This document shows, piece after piece, positions 8,840 to 18,197 of a DNA stretch of 64,000 nt. The position numbers were made by a program, and so were the translations under genes. This stretch comes from an uncultured Candidatus Saccharibacteria bacterium. GTDB taxonomy: Bacteria > Patescibacteriota > Minisyncoccia > Phycocordibacterales > UBA9973. The number at the start of each line of letters is the position of its first letter. The first letter of the stretch is position 1. The stretch lies in contig CAYZYV010000002.1 in the NCBI GenBank assembly GCA_964482735.1, forward strand, positions 86,061 to 150,060. Reading direction: 5' to 3'. The notes beneath the pieces are model-generated. The model was given only the letters and a program-made list of their open reading frames with translations. It was not told the DNA's origin and made no database searches.

Positions 8840-9223
8840 TATGTGGGCCACAATAATTTGTTCGCCGTCGCTCACAAATTTTCCAGCCCCGGACTCAGCT
8901 GTTTTTCTTGCTAGAAAAACATGCTTCCGTCTTCACAAAAGCGAAAAAGACTGGAGCAGTCCAGTCTTTTTGAATTCGCGCTTTTGTGACCCTACAGAGA
9001 CCGCGAGTACACTTATCGACCTCGACTAAAACTTTTTCGTCAAAGTGGTATGCTTCGCATGTAAAATTTATGTGGTCACAAGTCACTAAATATTTTGCTC
9101 CAAGTCTTCGCAAAATATGTAAGTGCTCGCGACCCCAGCTCGCCAATTTTTCTGCTGAAAAATTATGTCTGCGCTTTCACAAAGCTAAAAACCCCAAGCA
9201 GTTGGGGTTTTCTTTACGCTTTG
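8840..9223 (-). repeat. tRNA-flanking structured repeat region (copy B, two units) downstream of tRNA-Glu, with internal copy of tRNA-Glu 3' end
   Basis: Read on the minus strand after tRNA-Glu: hairpin AAAACCCCAACTGCTTGGGGTTTT, then GAAAGCGCAGACATAATTTTTCAGCAGAAAAATTGGCGAGCTGGGGTCGCGAG ... ACTTGTGACC ..., then TCTCTGTAGGGTCAC, which is a copy of the tRNA-Glu 3' end at 8982-8996. A second unit follows: GAAGACGGAAGC-hairpin-CAGCTGAGTCCGGGGCTGG. Confidence 0.45.
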
Positions 9224-9295
9224 TGACCCTACAGAGAATCGAACTCTGATTACCGGCTTGAAAAGCCGATGTCCTAACCGTTAGACGATAGGGCC
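9224..9295 (-). tRNA. tRNA-Glu (anticodon TTC)
   Basis: Acceptor GGCCCTA/TAGGGTC, anticodon stem TCGGC/GCCGG with loop TTTTCAA, T-arm CAGAG-TTCGATT-CTCTG. Confidence 0.85.
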
Positions 9296-9336
9296 AAATA
9301 TATTTTTTACTACTGTATTCTGTATTGCTATTATCT

Positions 9337-9392
9337 TGGCTTTTCAAAAAGCCGATGTCCGCTATTTTCTAACTTGGTTAGACGATAGGGCC
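9337..9392 (-). pseudogene. Partial degenerate duplicate of the tRNA-Glu 5' half (GGCCCTATCGTCTAAC...GACATCGGCTTTT)
   Basis: The segment repeats the tRNA-Glu acceptor, D-arm and anticodon-stem sequence with a 17-nt insertion. It lacks a T-arm and acceptor 3' strand. Confidence 0.45.
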
Positions 9393-9488
9393 GTAAAAAA
9401 TTTTGTAAGCAAAATGTTTGAATCAAAATTCTTCAAAACAGCAAAAACAGTATAGCATTTTTAAATAAAAAATCAACTCCTACATAAA

Positions 9489-9520
9489 TTAAAACACCCC
9501 GACCAACGTCGGGGTGTTTT
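9489..9520. terminator. Hairpin AAAACACCCCGACCAACGTCGGGGTGTTTT
   Basis: GC-rich perfect stem flanked by A and T runs, directly after the 9527 ORF stop on the minus strand. Confidence 0.7.
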
Positions 9521-9526
9521 TATTTA

Positions 9527-9853
9527 TTAATTCACTATGGTTTTAATTCCCGTATTTCTATCTATGTTTATCCTTTTCTCGTTTATAGTATTTAGATAAG
9601 TATTTAGTATTCCATAAACGGCAATCATGATAAACATACCAATCAATCCATATGTTATTTTTTTATTTGTTTCCTCTCGAATGTTTTTGTTGTCTGTTTG
9701 TATAAAATATTGTACAAGACCATACAAAAAGTAAAAAGTAGCCAAAGCAAACAATAGAATAATCAATGGGTTGATTAATATTCTATTTATACTACCTATC
9801 ACAGACGCAACGCTTGCCTCTGCTATTGGAATTGTTAAAAATTGAAAAATCAT
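9527..9853 (-). CDS. Small secreted two-TM protein, paralog 1 of 5 (T4SS/TrbC-VirB2 pilin-like family, tentative)
   Basis: Signal peptide, a hydrophobic helix (LIILLFALATFYFLYGLVQYF), a short basic loop, then a second helix (ITYGLIGMFIMIAVYGIL). Confidence 0.4.
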   Translation of the reverse strand: MIFQFLTIPIAEASVASVIGSINRILINPLIILLFALATFYFLYGLVQYFIQTDNKNIREETNKKITYGLIGMFIMIAVYGILNTYLNTINEKRINIDRNTGIKTIVN

Positions 9854-9868
9854 AATGACTAAACAAGA

Positions 9869-10240
9869 CTAGCAAGTTATTCCCATTGCTGGATTTGGAA
9901 CACAAGGAATGTGTTCTTTTCTTAGCTGTTCTGGTCCTACGTTAAATGTATTTGATACAACGGATAAGATTCCCCAAAATGCTACTATCAAGAATAATCC
10001 AACCAAAGCTGGTATGATATTGTCTTTTGCTTTCTTCTTTTGAGCTTCGTCCTTAGTTAATGTATATTTTATAACTGTCCCGATGAAGTAAATTACTGCT
10101 ACTGTAACCAATATAGGAGTCACATAACCCAAAAGGTTACCGATAGTGAACATAATGTCCCCTGCTGTAGTGTCAGTAGCAAAAGCTATCATAGGTGCAA
10201 AACCCATAATGGACAAAACTGGTATTAAAATCTTTTTCAT
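9869..10240 (-). CDS. Small secreted two-TM protein, paralog 2 of 5
   Basis: Same architecture as paralog 1: signal peptide, TM helix, KKKAK loop, second TM helix (ALVGLFLIVAFWGIL). Confidence 0.4.
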   Translation of the reverse strand: MKKILIPVLSIMGFAPMIAFATDTTAGDIMFTIGNLLGYVTPILVTVAVIYFIGTVIKYTLTKDEAQKKKAKDNIIPALVGLFLIVAFWGILSVVSNTFNVGPEQLRKEHIPCVPNPAMGITC

Positions 10241-10358
10241 AACTTATAATTTTTAATAATAATCTTTATAATTTTGTTTACAATCGACCTGATTGTAAAA
10301 ACTCTTTCAACTAACTTATATTATACCACTTATTTCTTTAAAATACAGCAACGTAAAG

Positions 10359-10814
10359 TTATTGTTGTGTCGACGGAATTTGTGTTACTGGTAACTGTGG
10401 CATTTCATTTTTTACATTGAATGTGTCAGTGGCCACCTTAACGATACCCCACATAGCAGTCATCACAAACAAGGCTATTAGGCCACCTGTAATGAAACTC
10501 TTCCCTTTCTTTTTCTCTTCTGTGTTATCTGGATTTAAATAAAATTTTATAATTCCATAAAGAAATCCAACAGTTGCAAGCATAAACAAGAAAGGAACCA
10601 GAACCTGCATCAAAAGACAACTGGCCCAAGTAATAATTCCGGTAACGCTACCCATACTTGCACTCTTACAATTTGCAGAACCAATCAATGGATCAGCAGC
10701 ATAGGCAAACGATGTAATACCGATTATTCCAAAAACCACAAGGCTTAACAAAAATATTTTTCTTCTCATGTGTTTATTAAACGTTACTCTTAATTTCTTC
10801 GACCGTTGTACCAA
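10359..10814 (-). CDS. Small secreted two-TM protein, paralog 3 of 5
   Basis: Same architecture: helix FLFMLATVGFLYGIIKFY, EEKKKGK loop, second helix GGLIALFVMTAMWGIV. Confidence 0.4.
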   Translation of the reverse strand: MVQRSKKLRVTFNKHMRRKIFLLSLVVFGIIGITSFAYAADPLIGSANCKSASMGSVTGIITWASCLLMQVLVPFLFMLATVGFLYGIIKFYLNPDNTEEKKKGKSFITGGLIALFVMTAMWGIVKVATDTFNVKNEMPQLPVTQIPSTQQ

Positions 10815-11205
10815 TAGCTTCTGCTATAACAAAAGCTCCAAGTAGTAAAGCTCCACCAATTAACGTATAAGTTAAAGAACTCTTGGCTGTTTTTAGTTTA
10901 TCGGGGCTTCCCTGTGCTTGTACAAAAAGAAAACCGGTATATATAATCGCAAGTATCAAAATTGGAACACCAACCTGTAATGCTATCTCTATGGCTTTTT
11001 TTACAAAGGACGGAATATCTGTAAGATTTTCACCAAGGGGATTATTTATTTTTGTGGTAACCACTATCTTGTCTGGTGAAGCTTCAGCTGTGGTTTGAGT
11101 CTTAAACATAAGAGACCCTACTATCATTGAAAAAATCATAAACACAAAACTTAAGCTTAGAATTCCAGAATATATTGTATATTTTTTATTTTTTAAATAT
11201 TTCAT
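10777..11205 (-). CDS. Small secreted two-TM protein, paralog 4 of 5
   Basis: Same architecture: helix ILILAIIYTGFLFV, KLKTAK loop, second helix LIGGALLLGAFVIA. The ORF-track start overlaps the upstream gene; the true start may be internal. Confidence 0.35.
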   Translation of the reverse strand: MKYLKNKKYTIYSGILSLSFVFMIFSMIVGSLMFKTQTTAEASPDKIVVTTKINNPLGENLTDIPSFVKKAIEIALQVGVPILILAIIYTGFLFVQAQGSPDKLKTAKSSLTYTLIGGALLLGAFVIAEAIGTTVEEIKSNV

Positions 11206-11221
11206 AACCTAAAAATTAATT

Positions 11222-11635
11222 TTAATAACTTGTTAAATAACTTTCTCCATTAAAACCGAACCCTTTCAATATAGTATCGACAATCAACCAAGAACACAAA
11301 ACCAGTAAATATCCAAGTAAAGAGTTTTTAATTATTTTCTTTGCTTTATTTTTAGTTGTTGCATTCCCTGATGAGGTCATATACAAAAAGCCAGCATATA
11401 TAAATAAAATAGCAAATATAGGTGTAATCAGGTATTTAACAGCCCAATCTATTATGTAATTCAACATCGTCATGAAATAATCAAAACCACAGGCGTCTTC
11501 AAATGTTCCATCTGGTAGTGCTTTGGTATTACAAACAGGAACCAGTCCACTCATTTGGACTTCTTCAGCCATAATGACTCCTGGGATAATTAAGATAGAT
11601 AATGTTATGACGTGTGCTAATATTTTTTTAAACAT
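11222..11635 (-). CDS. Small secreted two-TM protein, paralog 5 of 5
   Basis: Same architecture: helix IFAILFIYAGFLYM, TKNKAKK loop, second helix LLGYLLVLCSWLIV. Confidence 0.4.
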   Translation of the reverse strand: MFKKILAHVITLSILIIPGVIMAEEVQMSGLVPVCNTKALPDGTFEDACGFDYFMTMLNYIIDWAVKYLITPIFAILFIYAGFLYMTSSGNATTKNKAKKIIKNSLLGYLLVLCSWLIVDTILKGFGFNGESYLTSY

Positions 11636-11645
11636 AAAAATTTAA

Positions 11646-12983
11646 TTACTTTAGAATAATATCTAACTGATCACTGGCTTTATTTATTGCCTGACTAGGG
11701 CTTAAACTATTTGAAAGTGAACTCTCCACCATATCTTGGAATATGGAGCTAGTTTGTTTTTTGTCTACATCTATCCAGGTTCTTGAAATTAAAGCAGAAT
11801 CAAAAAATGTGTGCAAATACGAATTATCAACTGGCTTTTCTGCTATGAGAGATTTAATTGCAGGTGGTAAAGACAAAGCTCGAGATAATTCTTTTACATT
11901 GTCTGGGCTTGTCATCAAACCTAAAACAGTGAAGGCAGTTGTTAAGTTAGTGGATTTTTTGTTTATTACAACTCCATAAATTTCACCGAATGTTTTATCA
12001 ACGCTTGATCCTTTTGATTGAAGCATTTTTGTTACATCAAAACTAAGATTAGGATTCATCTCTTCTATTTTAAATAATTCACTAGCCCGTCCAACATAAA
12101 AAGCTAATTTACCTTCGGCAAAAACATCAAGTGAATTTGCTAAAGACTTATTCCAAGAATAAGCAGACTTTGAAACATTAGAAAATTCCAAGAAAAATTG
12201 TAGGACAGATTCTGCTGGGGTAACTTGATAATTCTTAGAATTGTCTCTTAAAAGAGACTCATAGGAAACAGTGCTTGTTGTTTGATCAGAGTTACCAGAC
12301 GTTCTAGTAAGAATTTTTTCTACTATATTGTTATCATTTTGAATCAACAAAGTAGCCAAAATATCTTTTGCGTTATTCACATTAGAAAACTGCCCCAGTG
12401 CTATCATGCTTTGGTCAATTTTCCCAAAATTATCTCTCTTTGTTAGAGTTTCATTTAACTCAAACAGCTGATCCCATGTTTTAGGTAAGCTAGGTATTCT
12501 ATTATTTGTTAATATGTCTTTGTTATAATAAACAACTAGAGGATCAACATATAAAGGTAATCCGACAATTCCATCTTGGTCTATGTATATTTGAGCCCCC
12601 TCAATAAAAGTATCTTTGAAATTTTTTTGTGGATAAGCAGTGTAAGGAATTTTATAAATAAAGTTAGCATTTCTTTTCATCATACCTGGATCTATTATAA
12701 ATAAATCAGGACCTGAACCATTTGCAAAAGCTTCAATAAGTTCTTGCTGGTAAGTTTCTTCTGATTTTTTTACATAGTTTATGATTAATTCATCATTATC
12801 ATTTTCGATTTTATCTTTTATTGCTCTCATTGCCGTAGCATCTTGAGTCCCCCACACAAGAATTTTTCCTTGAACAGAAGCTTCTTTATCTTTCCCTATT
12901 TGTATAACATCAGCAAAAATTAAAACAGCAAAAACAAAGACAGATGCTAAGATGGCTAATAAAATTGTTTGAAAATTACTCAT
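11646..12983 (-). CDS. ABC transporter extracellular solute-binding protein (family 1, sugar-type)
   Basis: N-terminal TM/signal, then a periplasmic-binding-protein-like sequence: GKILVWGTQD...ELIEAFANGSGPDLFII. 445 aa. Confidence 0.65.
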   Translation of the reverse strand: MSNFQTILLAILASVFVFAVLIFADVIQIGKDKEASVQGKILVWGTQDATAMRAIKDKIENDNDELIINYVKKSEETYQQELIEAFANGSGPDLFIIDPGMMKRNANFIYKIPYTAYPQKNFKDTFIEGAQIYIDQDGIVGLPLYVDPLVVYYNKDILTNNRIPSLPKTWDQLFELNETLTKRDNFGKIDQSMIALGQFSNVNNAKDILATLLIQNDNNIVEKILTRTSGNSDQTTSTVSYESLLRDNSKNYQVTPAESVLQFFLEFSNVSKSAYSWNKSLANSLDVFAEGKLAFYVGRASELFKIEEMNPNLSFDVTKMLQSKGSSVDKTFGEIYGVVINKKSTNLTTAFTVLGLMTSPDNVKELSRALSLPPAIKSLIAEKPVDNSYLHTFFDSALISRTWIDVDKKQTSSIFQDMVESSLSNSLSPSQAINKASDQLDIILK

Positions 12984-13503
12984 ATTTAAAAATTATACCA
13001 TAATGGTTAGCACCAACACTAATTCGTTCGTCTAATTTAAAACCTCTTTTTTCAAATAAATCTCTGGCTTTATCTTCCGTTATTAAATTTTCTGATTTTG
13101 GTCCATCGACGCCAAAAGAATACACCCAATCGATGAGCAAAACCTTTCCACCTCTTTTTAAGATTCTTCTAGCTTCTTCTATGAGTCCAGCTCTGTCTTC
13201 TGAAAGAGAAAGGACGTTTGATACTATAACAGCATCAATACTATTATCAGATAATTTGGTTCCACCTTTTCTTTCAATATCTCCCCAAATACATTCAACG
13301 TTAGAAACTCCCCAATTTCTTAGCTCAACTTCTAATTTTCTAACTAATTCTTTTTGAACTTCAATCGCAAAAATTTTACCAGATGGTCCAACCCTTGGAC
13401 TACAAGCCCTAGAATAAAATCCTGTTCCTGCACCGAAATCCGCCACCCGCATTCCTTCGGTTAATCCTAGCTTTAAAATATTTTGTTCGGGGCTACTAAA
13501 CAT
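12976..13503 (-). CDS. Class I SAM-dependent methyltransferase
   Basis: Motif I VADFGAGTGFYS, post-I acidic FAIEV, and motif IV VIVSNV. Confidence 0.75.
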   Translation of the reverse strand: MFSSPEQNILKLGLTEGMRVADFGAGTGFYSRACSPRVGPSGKIFAIEVQKELVRKLEVELRNWGVSNVECIWGDIERKGGTKLSDNSIDAVIVSNVLSLSEDRAGLIEEARRILKRGGKVLLIDWVYSFGVDGPKSENLITEDKARDLFEKRGFKLDERISVGANHYGIIFKYE

Positions 13504-13530
13504 ATTTATTATTATATCACATTATCTAAA

Positions 13531-15987
13531 TTACAAAAATGTAATTGAGGCAATATTATCTCCAGCACGCAATTTCATGACTGTCACTCCTTGAGTTTGT
13601 CTTCCAGATGTAGGAATTGAATCAAGGCTAACTCTAATCACTTGTCCTTTTTGGGAAACAGCTATGATCTCTCCTTGATCTTTTACTATTCCAGCCACTA
13701 TTAACTTCCCTGTTTTTGGAGTAACTTTTGCAGTCTTTATTCCGGATCCACCTCTTTTTTGTGTTTTATATTCTTTAACATTGGTCTTTTTACCTAATCC
13801 GTTTGAGCTTAATGTTAGAATAGCAGAATCTTTTTCTCCTTTTGGTATTCTATCTACTCCAATAACAAAATCTCCTTTTCCTAATTTTATCGCTCTTACG
13901 CCTCCTGCGCCTCTACCCATTTCTCTGACATCAGTTTCTTTAAATCTTATTGATTGCCCTAGAGTTGTAGCCAACATAACTTCATCTCCTTTTGAAATTG
14001 GAAGAACGGCCTGAAGCTCGTCATCTTTTTCAAGTTTTATAGCGATAAGACCACTTCTTCTAACATCTTTGAAGCTTTCTGCACCAACTTTCTTGGCTAT
14101 ACCATTCTTGGTTACCATCATTAAGGTTTCTACTGTTTTCTTGGTTTCTTTATCTATAGGCAAAATTGAAGATACTTTCTCATCACCATCTAAAGATAAG
14201 TAATTCATTATAGATTTACCTTTTGTTGCTCTTTTACCTTCTGGTAAATCATACATTTTAATTTGATAAGCCTTACCTTTGTTTGTAAAGAATAATAAAT
14301 CGCTATGAGTATTGGCTGAGATAAGCATAGTAACAAAGTCCTCTTCTTTAGGTTCTATGTCGATTACCCCAACTCCACCTCTCTTTTGAGTTCGATATTC
14401 GCCTGGATCTGTTCTCTTAACATATCCACCTTTTGTAAATACAAGTACTGATTCTTTTTCAGGAATTAGATCTTCTTCGTTAATTGCCTTTACTCCACCT
14501 TTTACTATTTTTGTTCTTCTATCATCAGCATACCTTTCTTTAACCTCTTTAAGCTCATCACTAATAACTTTCATTAGTTTTTTGGGACTAGCTAGAAGTG
14601 CTTCTAATTCTTTAATCAAAGCTTGTTTTTCTGCCAATTCTAATTCAATATTTTTTCTTTCAAGTCCAGCAAGCTTTTGCAATTTCATTTCCAAAATAGC
14701 AATAGCTTGTAACTCTGAGAATTTAAATTCTTTCATCAAGTTAGCTTTAGCTACCGTGGTATCTTTAGATGCTCTAATAACAGCTATCACGCGATCAATA
14801 TGATCCAAAGCCTTCTTAAGTCCAAGAAGGATATGCTCACGATCTTTTGCTTTTCTTAAATCAAATTCCGTTCTACGTCGAACAACTTCTTCTCTGTGTA
14901 ATATGAATTCTGAAATCAAACTCTTGAGTGATAATGTTTGAGGTACACCATCTACAAGTGCAACAATATTGAAATTAAAAGATTGTTCTAATTGTGTATG
15001 TTTATAAATATAATTTAAAACCTTTTGAGGAACTATTCCATTCTTAAGTTCTATAACTATCCTTATGTCTTTTGTTGATTCGTCTCGAAGAGCTTTAACA
15101 CCTTCAAGCTTTTTTTCTTGTACCAAATCAGCTATAGATTCTATTAAGGTAGCCTTGTTCACACGGTAAGGAATAGAAGTAATTACTATATTAAAAGTAC
15201 CGTTCTTTTGCTCAATTATTTCAGCCTCTCCTCGAGTAACGACACCTCCTCGTCCTGTTGAATACGCATGGATCAAATCTGTTTGACCATATACGATTCC
15301 ACCTATTGGGAAATCAGGACCCTTAACAAACTGCATTAAATCTTCTGTAGAAGCATCTTTATTTTCTATTAGGTGAATAGTTGCATCTATTACTTCTCCT
15401 AAATTATGAGGTGGAATATTTGTAGCCATTCCAACAGCAATTCCAAGAGTTCCATTTAATAAAAGATTAGGTACGGCTGTGGGTAAAACAGCTGGTTCTT
15501 TTTTGGTTTGATCATAGTTAGGTCTAAAATCAACTGTTTCTTTTTGTAAATCTTGAAGAAGAAGAGATGACACCTTGGACATCTTAGCCTCTGTATACCT
15601 CATAGCCGCAGCCCCATCTCCATCGATAGATCCGAAGTTACCTTGACCTTGAACTAATGGATAACGATAAGAAAAATCTTGTGCCATTCCTACCATAGAA
15701 TCGTAAACTGCCGCATCTCCATGAGGGTGGTATTTTCCAAGCACATCTCCGACTACTGCAGCACTTTTTCTGTAACGAGCTTGATAAGTTAAGCCCATTT
15801 CATTCATAGCGAACAAGATACGACGATGAACTGGTTTTAATCCATCTCGCACATCAGGCAACGCTCGATCCGTAATAACAGACATGGCATAGTCGATAAA
15901 AGACTCTTTCATTTCGGTACTAATTTCAACAGAAATCACACCTTCTTTTTTGTTTATATCCAAATTTTTCTCTTCTTCTTTTTTCAT
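13531..15987 (-). CDS. gyrA: DNA gyrase subunit A (type IIA topoisomerase A subunit)
   Basis: [26 protein letters not shown] with active-site Tyr region, and the QRDR-like [12 protein letters not shown]-terminal beta-pinwheel repeats carry QKRGG(V/S)G GyrA-box-like motifs. 818 aa. Confidence 0.8.
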   Translation of the reverse strand: MKKEEEKNLDINKKEGVISVEISTEMKESFIDYAMSVITDRALPDVRDGLKPVHRRILFAMNEMGLTYQARYRKSAAVVGDVLGKYHPHGDAAVYDSMVGMAQDFSYRYPLVQGQGNFGSIDGDGAAAMRYTEAKMSKVSSLLLQDLQKETVDFRPNYDQTKKEPAVLPTAVPNLLLNGTLGIAVGMATNIPPHNLGEVIDATIHLIENKDASTEDLMQFVKGPDFPIGGIVYGQTDLIHAYSTGRGGVVTRGEAEIIEQKNGTFNIVITSIPYRVNKATLIESIADLVQEKKLEGVKALRDESTKDIRIVIELKNGIVPQKVLNYIYKHTQLEQSFNFNIVALVDGVPQTLSLKSLISEFILHREEVVRRRTEFDLRKAKDREHILLGLKKALDHIDRVIAVIRASKDTTVAKANLMKEFKFSELQAIAILEMKLQKLAGLERKNIELELAEKQALIKELEALLASPKKLMKVISDELKEVKERYADDRRTKIVKGGVKAINEEDLIPEKESVLVFTKGGYVKRTDPGEYRTQKRGGVGVIDIEPKEEDFVTMLISANTHSDLLFFTNKGKAYQIKMYDLPEGKRATKGKSIMNYLSLDGDEKVSSILPIDKETKKTVETLMMVTKNGIAKKVGAESFKDVRRSGLIAIKLEKDDELQAVLPISKGDEVMLATTLGQSIRFKETDVREMGRGAGGVRAIKLGKGDFVIGVDRIPKGEKDSAILTLSSNGLGKKTNVKEYKTQKRGGSGIKTAKVTPKTGKLIVAGIVKDQGEIIAVSQKGQVIRVSLDSIPTSGRQTQGVTVMKLRAGDNIASITFL

Positions 15988-16012
15988 ATTTTATTCTTTA
16001 TATTATTATTCT

Positions 16013-16354
16013 TTATTGAAAAAGATTTTCTTCTATGCGATCCATGTCTGGTCCACTTTCTTCAATTTTTTGTTTATCACCTGACTCTAATAAATTTTCT
16101 TTAACTTCTCCAAGATTAGCATCTGAAACACTATCTTTTATTCCATCATATGTTTCAGAGAATGACTTAATTAGCATCGTAAACGGGCTTGGACCTGTAT
16201 CTTCTTCTACCTTTTTTTGTTTTTTATCTTTTACACCTAGGGTTGAAAGCCAAACCAAAACTACCAGGGACATCAATATCACCATCACAAATAAAACAAT
16301 TTGTTTCCTTTGTTCTTCTGGTTTTTGTTTTATTTTATGGATAAACTTACTCAT
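16013..16354 (-). CDS. Small single-TM protein, hypothetical
   Basis: Hydrophobic helix (LFVMVILMSLVVLVWL) followed by an acidic tail. Confidence 0.35.
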   Translation of the reverse strand: MSKFIHKIKQKPEEQRKQIVLFVMVILMSLVVLVWLSTLGVKDKKQKKVEEDTGPSPFTMLIKSFSETYDGIKDSVSDANLGEVKENLLESGDKQKIEESGPDMDRIEENLFQ

Positions 16355-16357
16355 GAT

Positions 16358-16984
16358 CTATTCAGTTAGTATTATTATTTTATTTTCTTTACCTGTTAAG
16401 TCTTTTGATTTAATAACTAATTTTTCCATCTTTTCTGCATTTTCTTGACCTGCTTCTTTCAAAAAGGCCTTAAGAGTTTTTTCATCGTAATCCATAGGAA
16501 TAATTATTTTTGGTTCAAAGGTTGTTGCAAGCTTGTATGCTTTTTCTGGATCCAATAAATCATTATTACCAATCGGAACAAACAAAATATCTGGTGACGC
16601 GATTTGTTCTCGTGCACTCGCACTTATTTTCTCATCTCCTATAGCACCAAGAAAACAAATTGAAATATTTTCGATAATAACAGAATAAATAGTATTAATA
16701 TATTTCTTACCTTCTAAATTTGTTTCTGATAAAACCCCTTTGATATAAACATCTTTGATTTCATAATCCCCAGGACCAGAAACAGAAAAAGGCACGGTAT
16801 CTCCATGAGAAACCATTTCAAACCCATTATAATCTTTGTGATTAGTTGTTGATAAAGCGATGTCCGAACCAAACTTAGAAACCTTAGCTGACAATTTAGA
16901 ATCTTTACTGATTGGATTAAAGGCGACAGTTAAATCTCCTTGGCTGATTTTAAAGAATTGCTTACCTAAATATGTGATTATCAT
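16358..16984 (-). CDS. MBL-fold metal-dependent hydrolase-like protein (UPF0173-like)
   Basis: N-terminal ITYLGKQFFKI resembles the UPF0173/Lactamase_B family start. The metal-binding His motif is degenerate. Confidence 0.4.
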   Translation of the reverse strand: MIITYLGKQFFKISQGDLTVAFNPISKDSKLSAKVSKFGSDIALSTTNHKDYNGFEMVSHGDTVPFSVSGPGDYEIKDVYIKGVLSETNLEGKKYINTIYSVIIENISICFLGAIGDEKISASAREQIASPDILFVPIGNNDLLDPEKAYKLATTFEPKIIIPMDYDEKTLKAFLKEAGQENAEKMEKLVIKSKDLTGKENKIIILTE

Positions 16985-17025
16985 GTCTATATTATATCAA
17001 ATTTTTAGAGAAAACAAAAGAAAAA

Positions 17026-17829
17026 TTATCGCACACAACGGACATAGCTCCCATTATAATCATGACTACCACTAAGTAAATAGCCATAGTTCATGTGCTG
17101 AACGTAGGCAAGAGTGGAAGGCGACGACGGAACTGGAGTAGAAGCCCAATAATAGTGAGCAGTAAATCCAACTGGGGCATAGGGGTCAGCATCCCCTTCT
17201 GGTTGAGCTTTTGAATACCAAGCATTAGATAATGTTTTTAATTGTTCAATAGATGGAAGCCGTCCGCCATTTTTAGCACAAGCATTCCTAGATACAATCC
17301 AAGTCATACCAGAATTGGTATCAGGAGTAACAAAAGCACCATTTAAATCAACTCCACGTGTATCCCATTTAACGACACCATTTTCGTCTACAGACCAAGC
17401 TTTAAACTCATTAGTGTCATAAATGAGAGCAGTCGCACCAAAACGTTGATAATCATCTCCGTCAAAAACATCAGCCCCCACAGACCACCCTGTTCCATAG
17501 AAACTAAAGCACCTAACTACAACCCCTTGATCAATAAGCGGTTGAACAATTTTTGCTAAATTATTATTTGGTCCTGTACAATTTAAATTTCCATCATTAG
17601 ACCCTATAAAACTACCACTTTCTACCTGATTTAACGCCGCCTGATTATATAGTTGTTTCAAAGTTGATTTGATTGTAGCAACTTTCCCCTTTTCTCTTGC
17701 AGAATTTAGCGAAGCAATAACTACAGCAGAAAGTATTCCAATGATAGCAATAACTACAAGAAGTTCGATTAATGTGAAAGCCCTGTTTGGTTTTAAAAAT
17801 TCCTTTTTCACTTTTTTATTATACCACAA
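17026..17829 (-). CDS. Type IV pilin-like protein with C-terminal DUF1566-like domain
   Basis: N-terminal prepilin cleavage/methylation motif (KAFTLIELLVVIAIIGILSAVVIA). C-terminal region with a YVRCVR-type ending typical of DUF1566 (Lcl-like) domains. Confidence 0.7.
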   Translation of the reverse strand: MWYNKKVKKEFLKPNRAFTLIELLVVIAIIGILSAVVIASLNSAREKGKVATIKSTLKQLYNQAALNQVESGSFIGSNDGNLNCTGPNNNLAKIVQPLIDQGVVVRCFSFYGTGWSVGADVFDGDDYQRFGATALIYDTNEFKAWSVDENGVVKWDTRGVDLNGAFVTPDTNSGMTWIVSRNACAKNGGRLPSIEQLKTLSNAWYSKAQPEGDADPYAPVGFTAHYYWASTPVPSSPSTLAYVQHMNYGYLLSGSHDYNGSYVRCVR

Positions 17830-17853
17830 TTATTATTTAGCAAAATATAGTCT

Positions 17854-18138
17854 TTCCCCTAGGTCCGACCTAGGGGAAATTATCACAGGTCAGACCTATG
17901 ATAACAGTGGAGGTCTTGCCTCATACTAGGCAAGACCTCGGGAATATTGAAATAAATGTTGTTGTTGTCAAATTTCTAATAAACGACAATCAAAGTAAAA
18001 ATTCAGAAATATAAAAACATACCCATAGTAAGCGATAGCTTAGTATGGGTATGGATGTTAAGAATTTACTATATTAACTTACTACTACTTCATTTCCCTT
18101 GCCCCCATATTTTCCCCTATCACAGGGATAGGGGAAAA
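17854..18138. promoter_or_regulatory. Divergent intergenic region with three strong palindromes sharing a TTTCCCCTA / TAGGGGAAA core
   Basis: TTTCCCCTAGG-TCCGA-CCTAGGGGAAA (17854-17879), GGTCTTGCC-TCATACTA-GGCAAGACC (17912-17937) and TTTTCCCCTATC-ACAGG-GATAGGGGAAAA (18110-18138). They lie between the divergently oriented pilin gene and pth. Confidence 0.45.
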
Positions 18139-18197
18139 TCCTATTTGTATGTTTTAAGAAAAGCTAACCTAACAAAACAAACTTTTATATATGAGAC

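Noticed and set aside
13531-15987. Topoisomerase IV ParC instead of GyrA.
   Set aside because: GyrA-box-like QKRGG(V/S)G motifs are present in the C-terminal domain. Without gyrB/parE context in the window the gyrA call is retained with moderate confidence.
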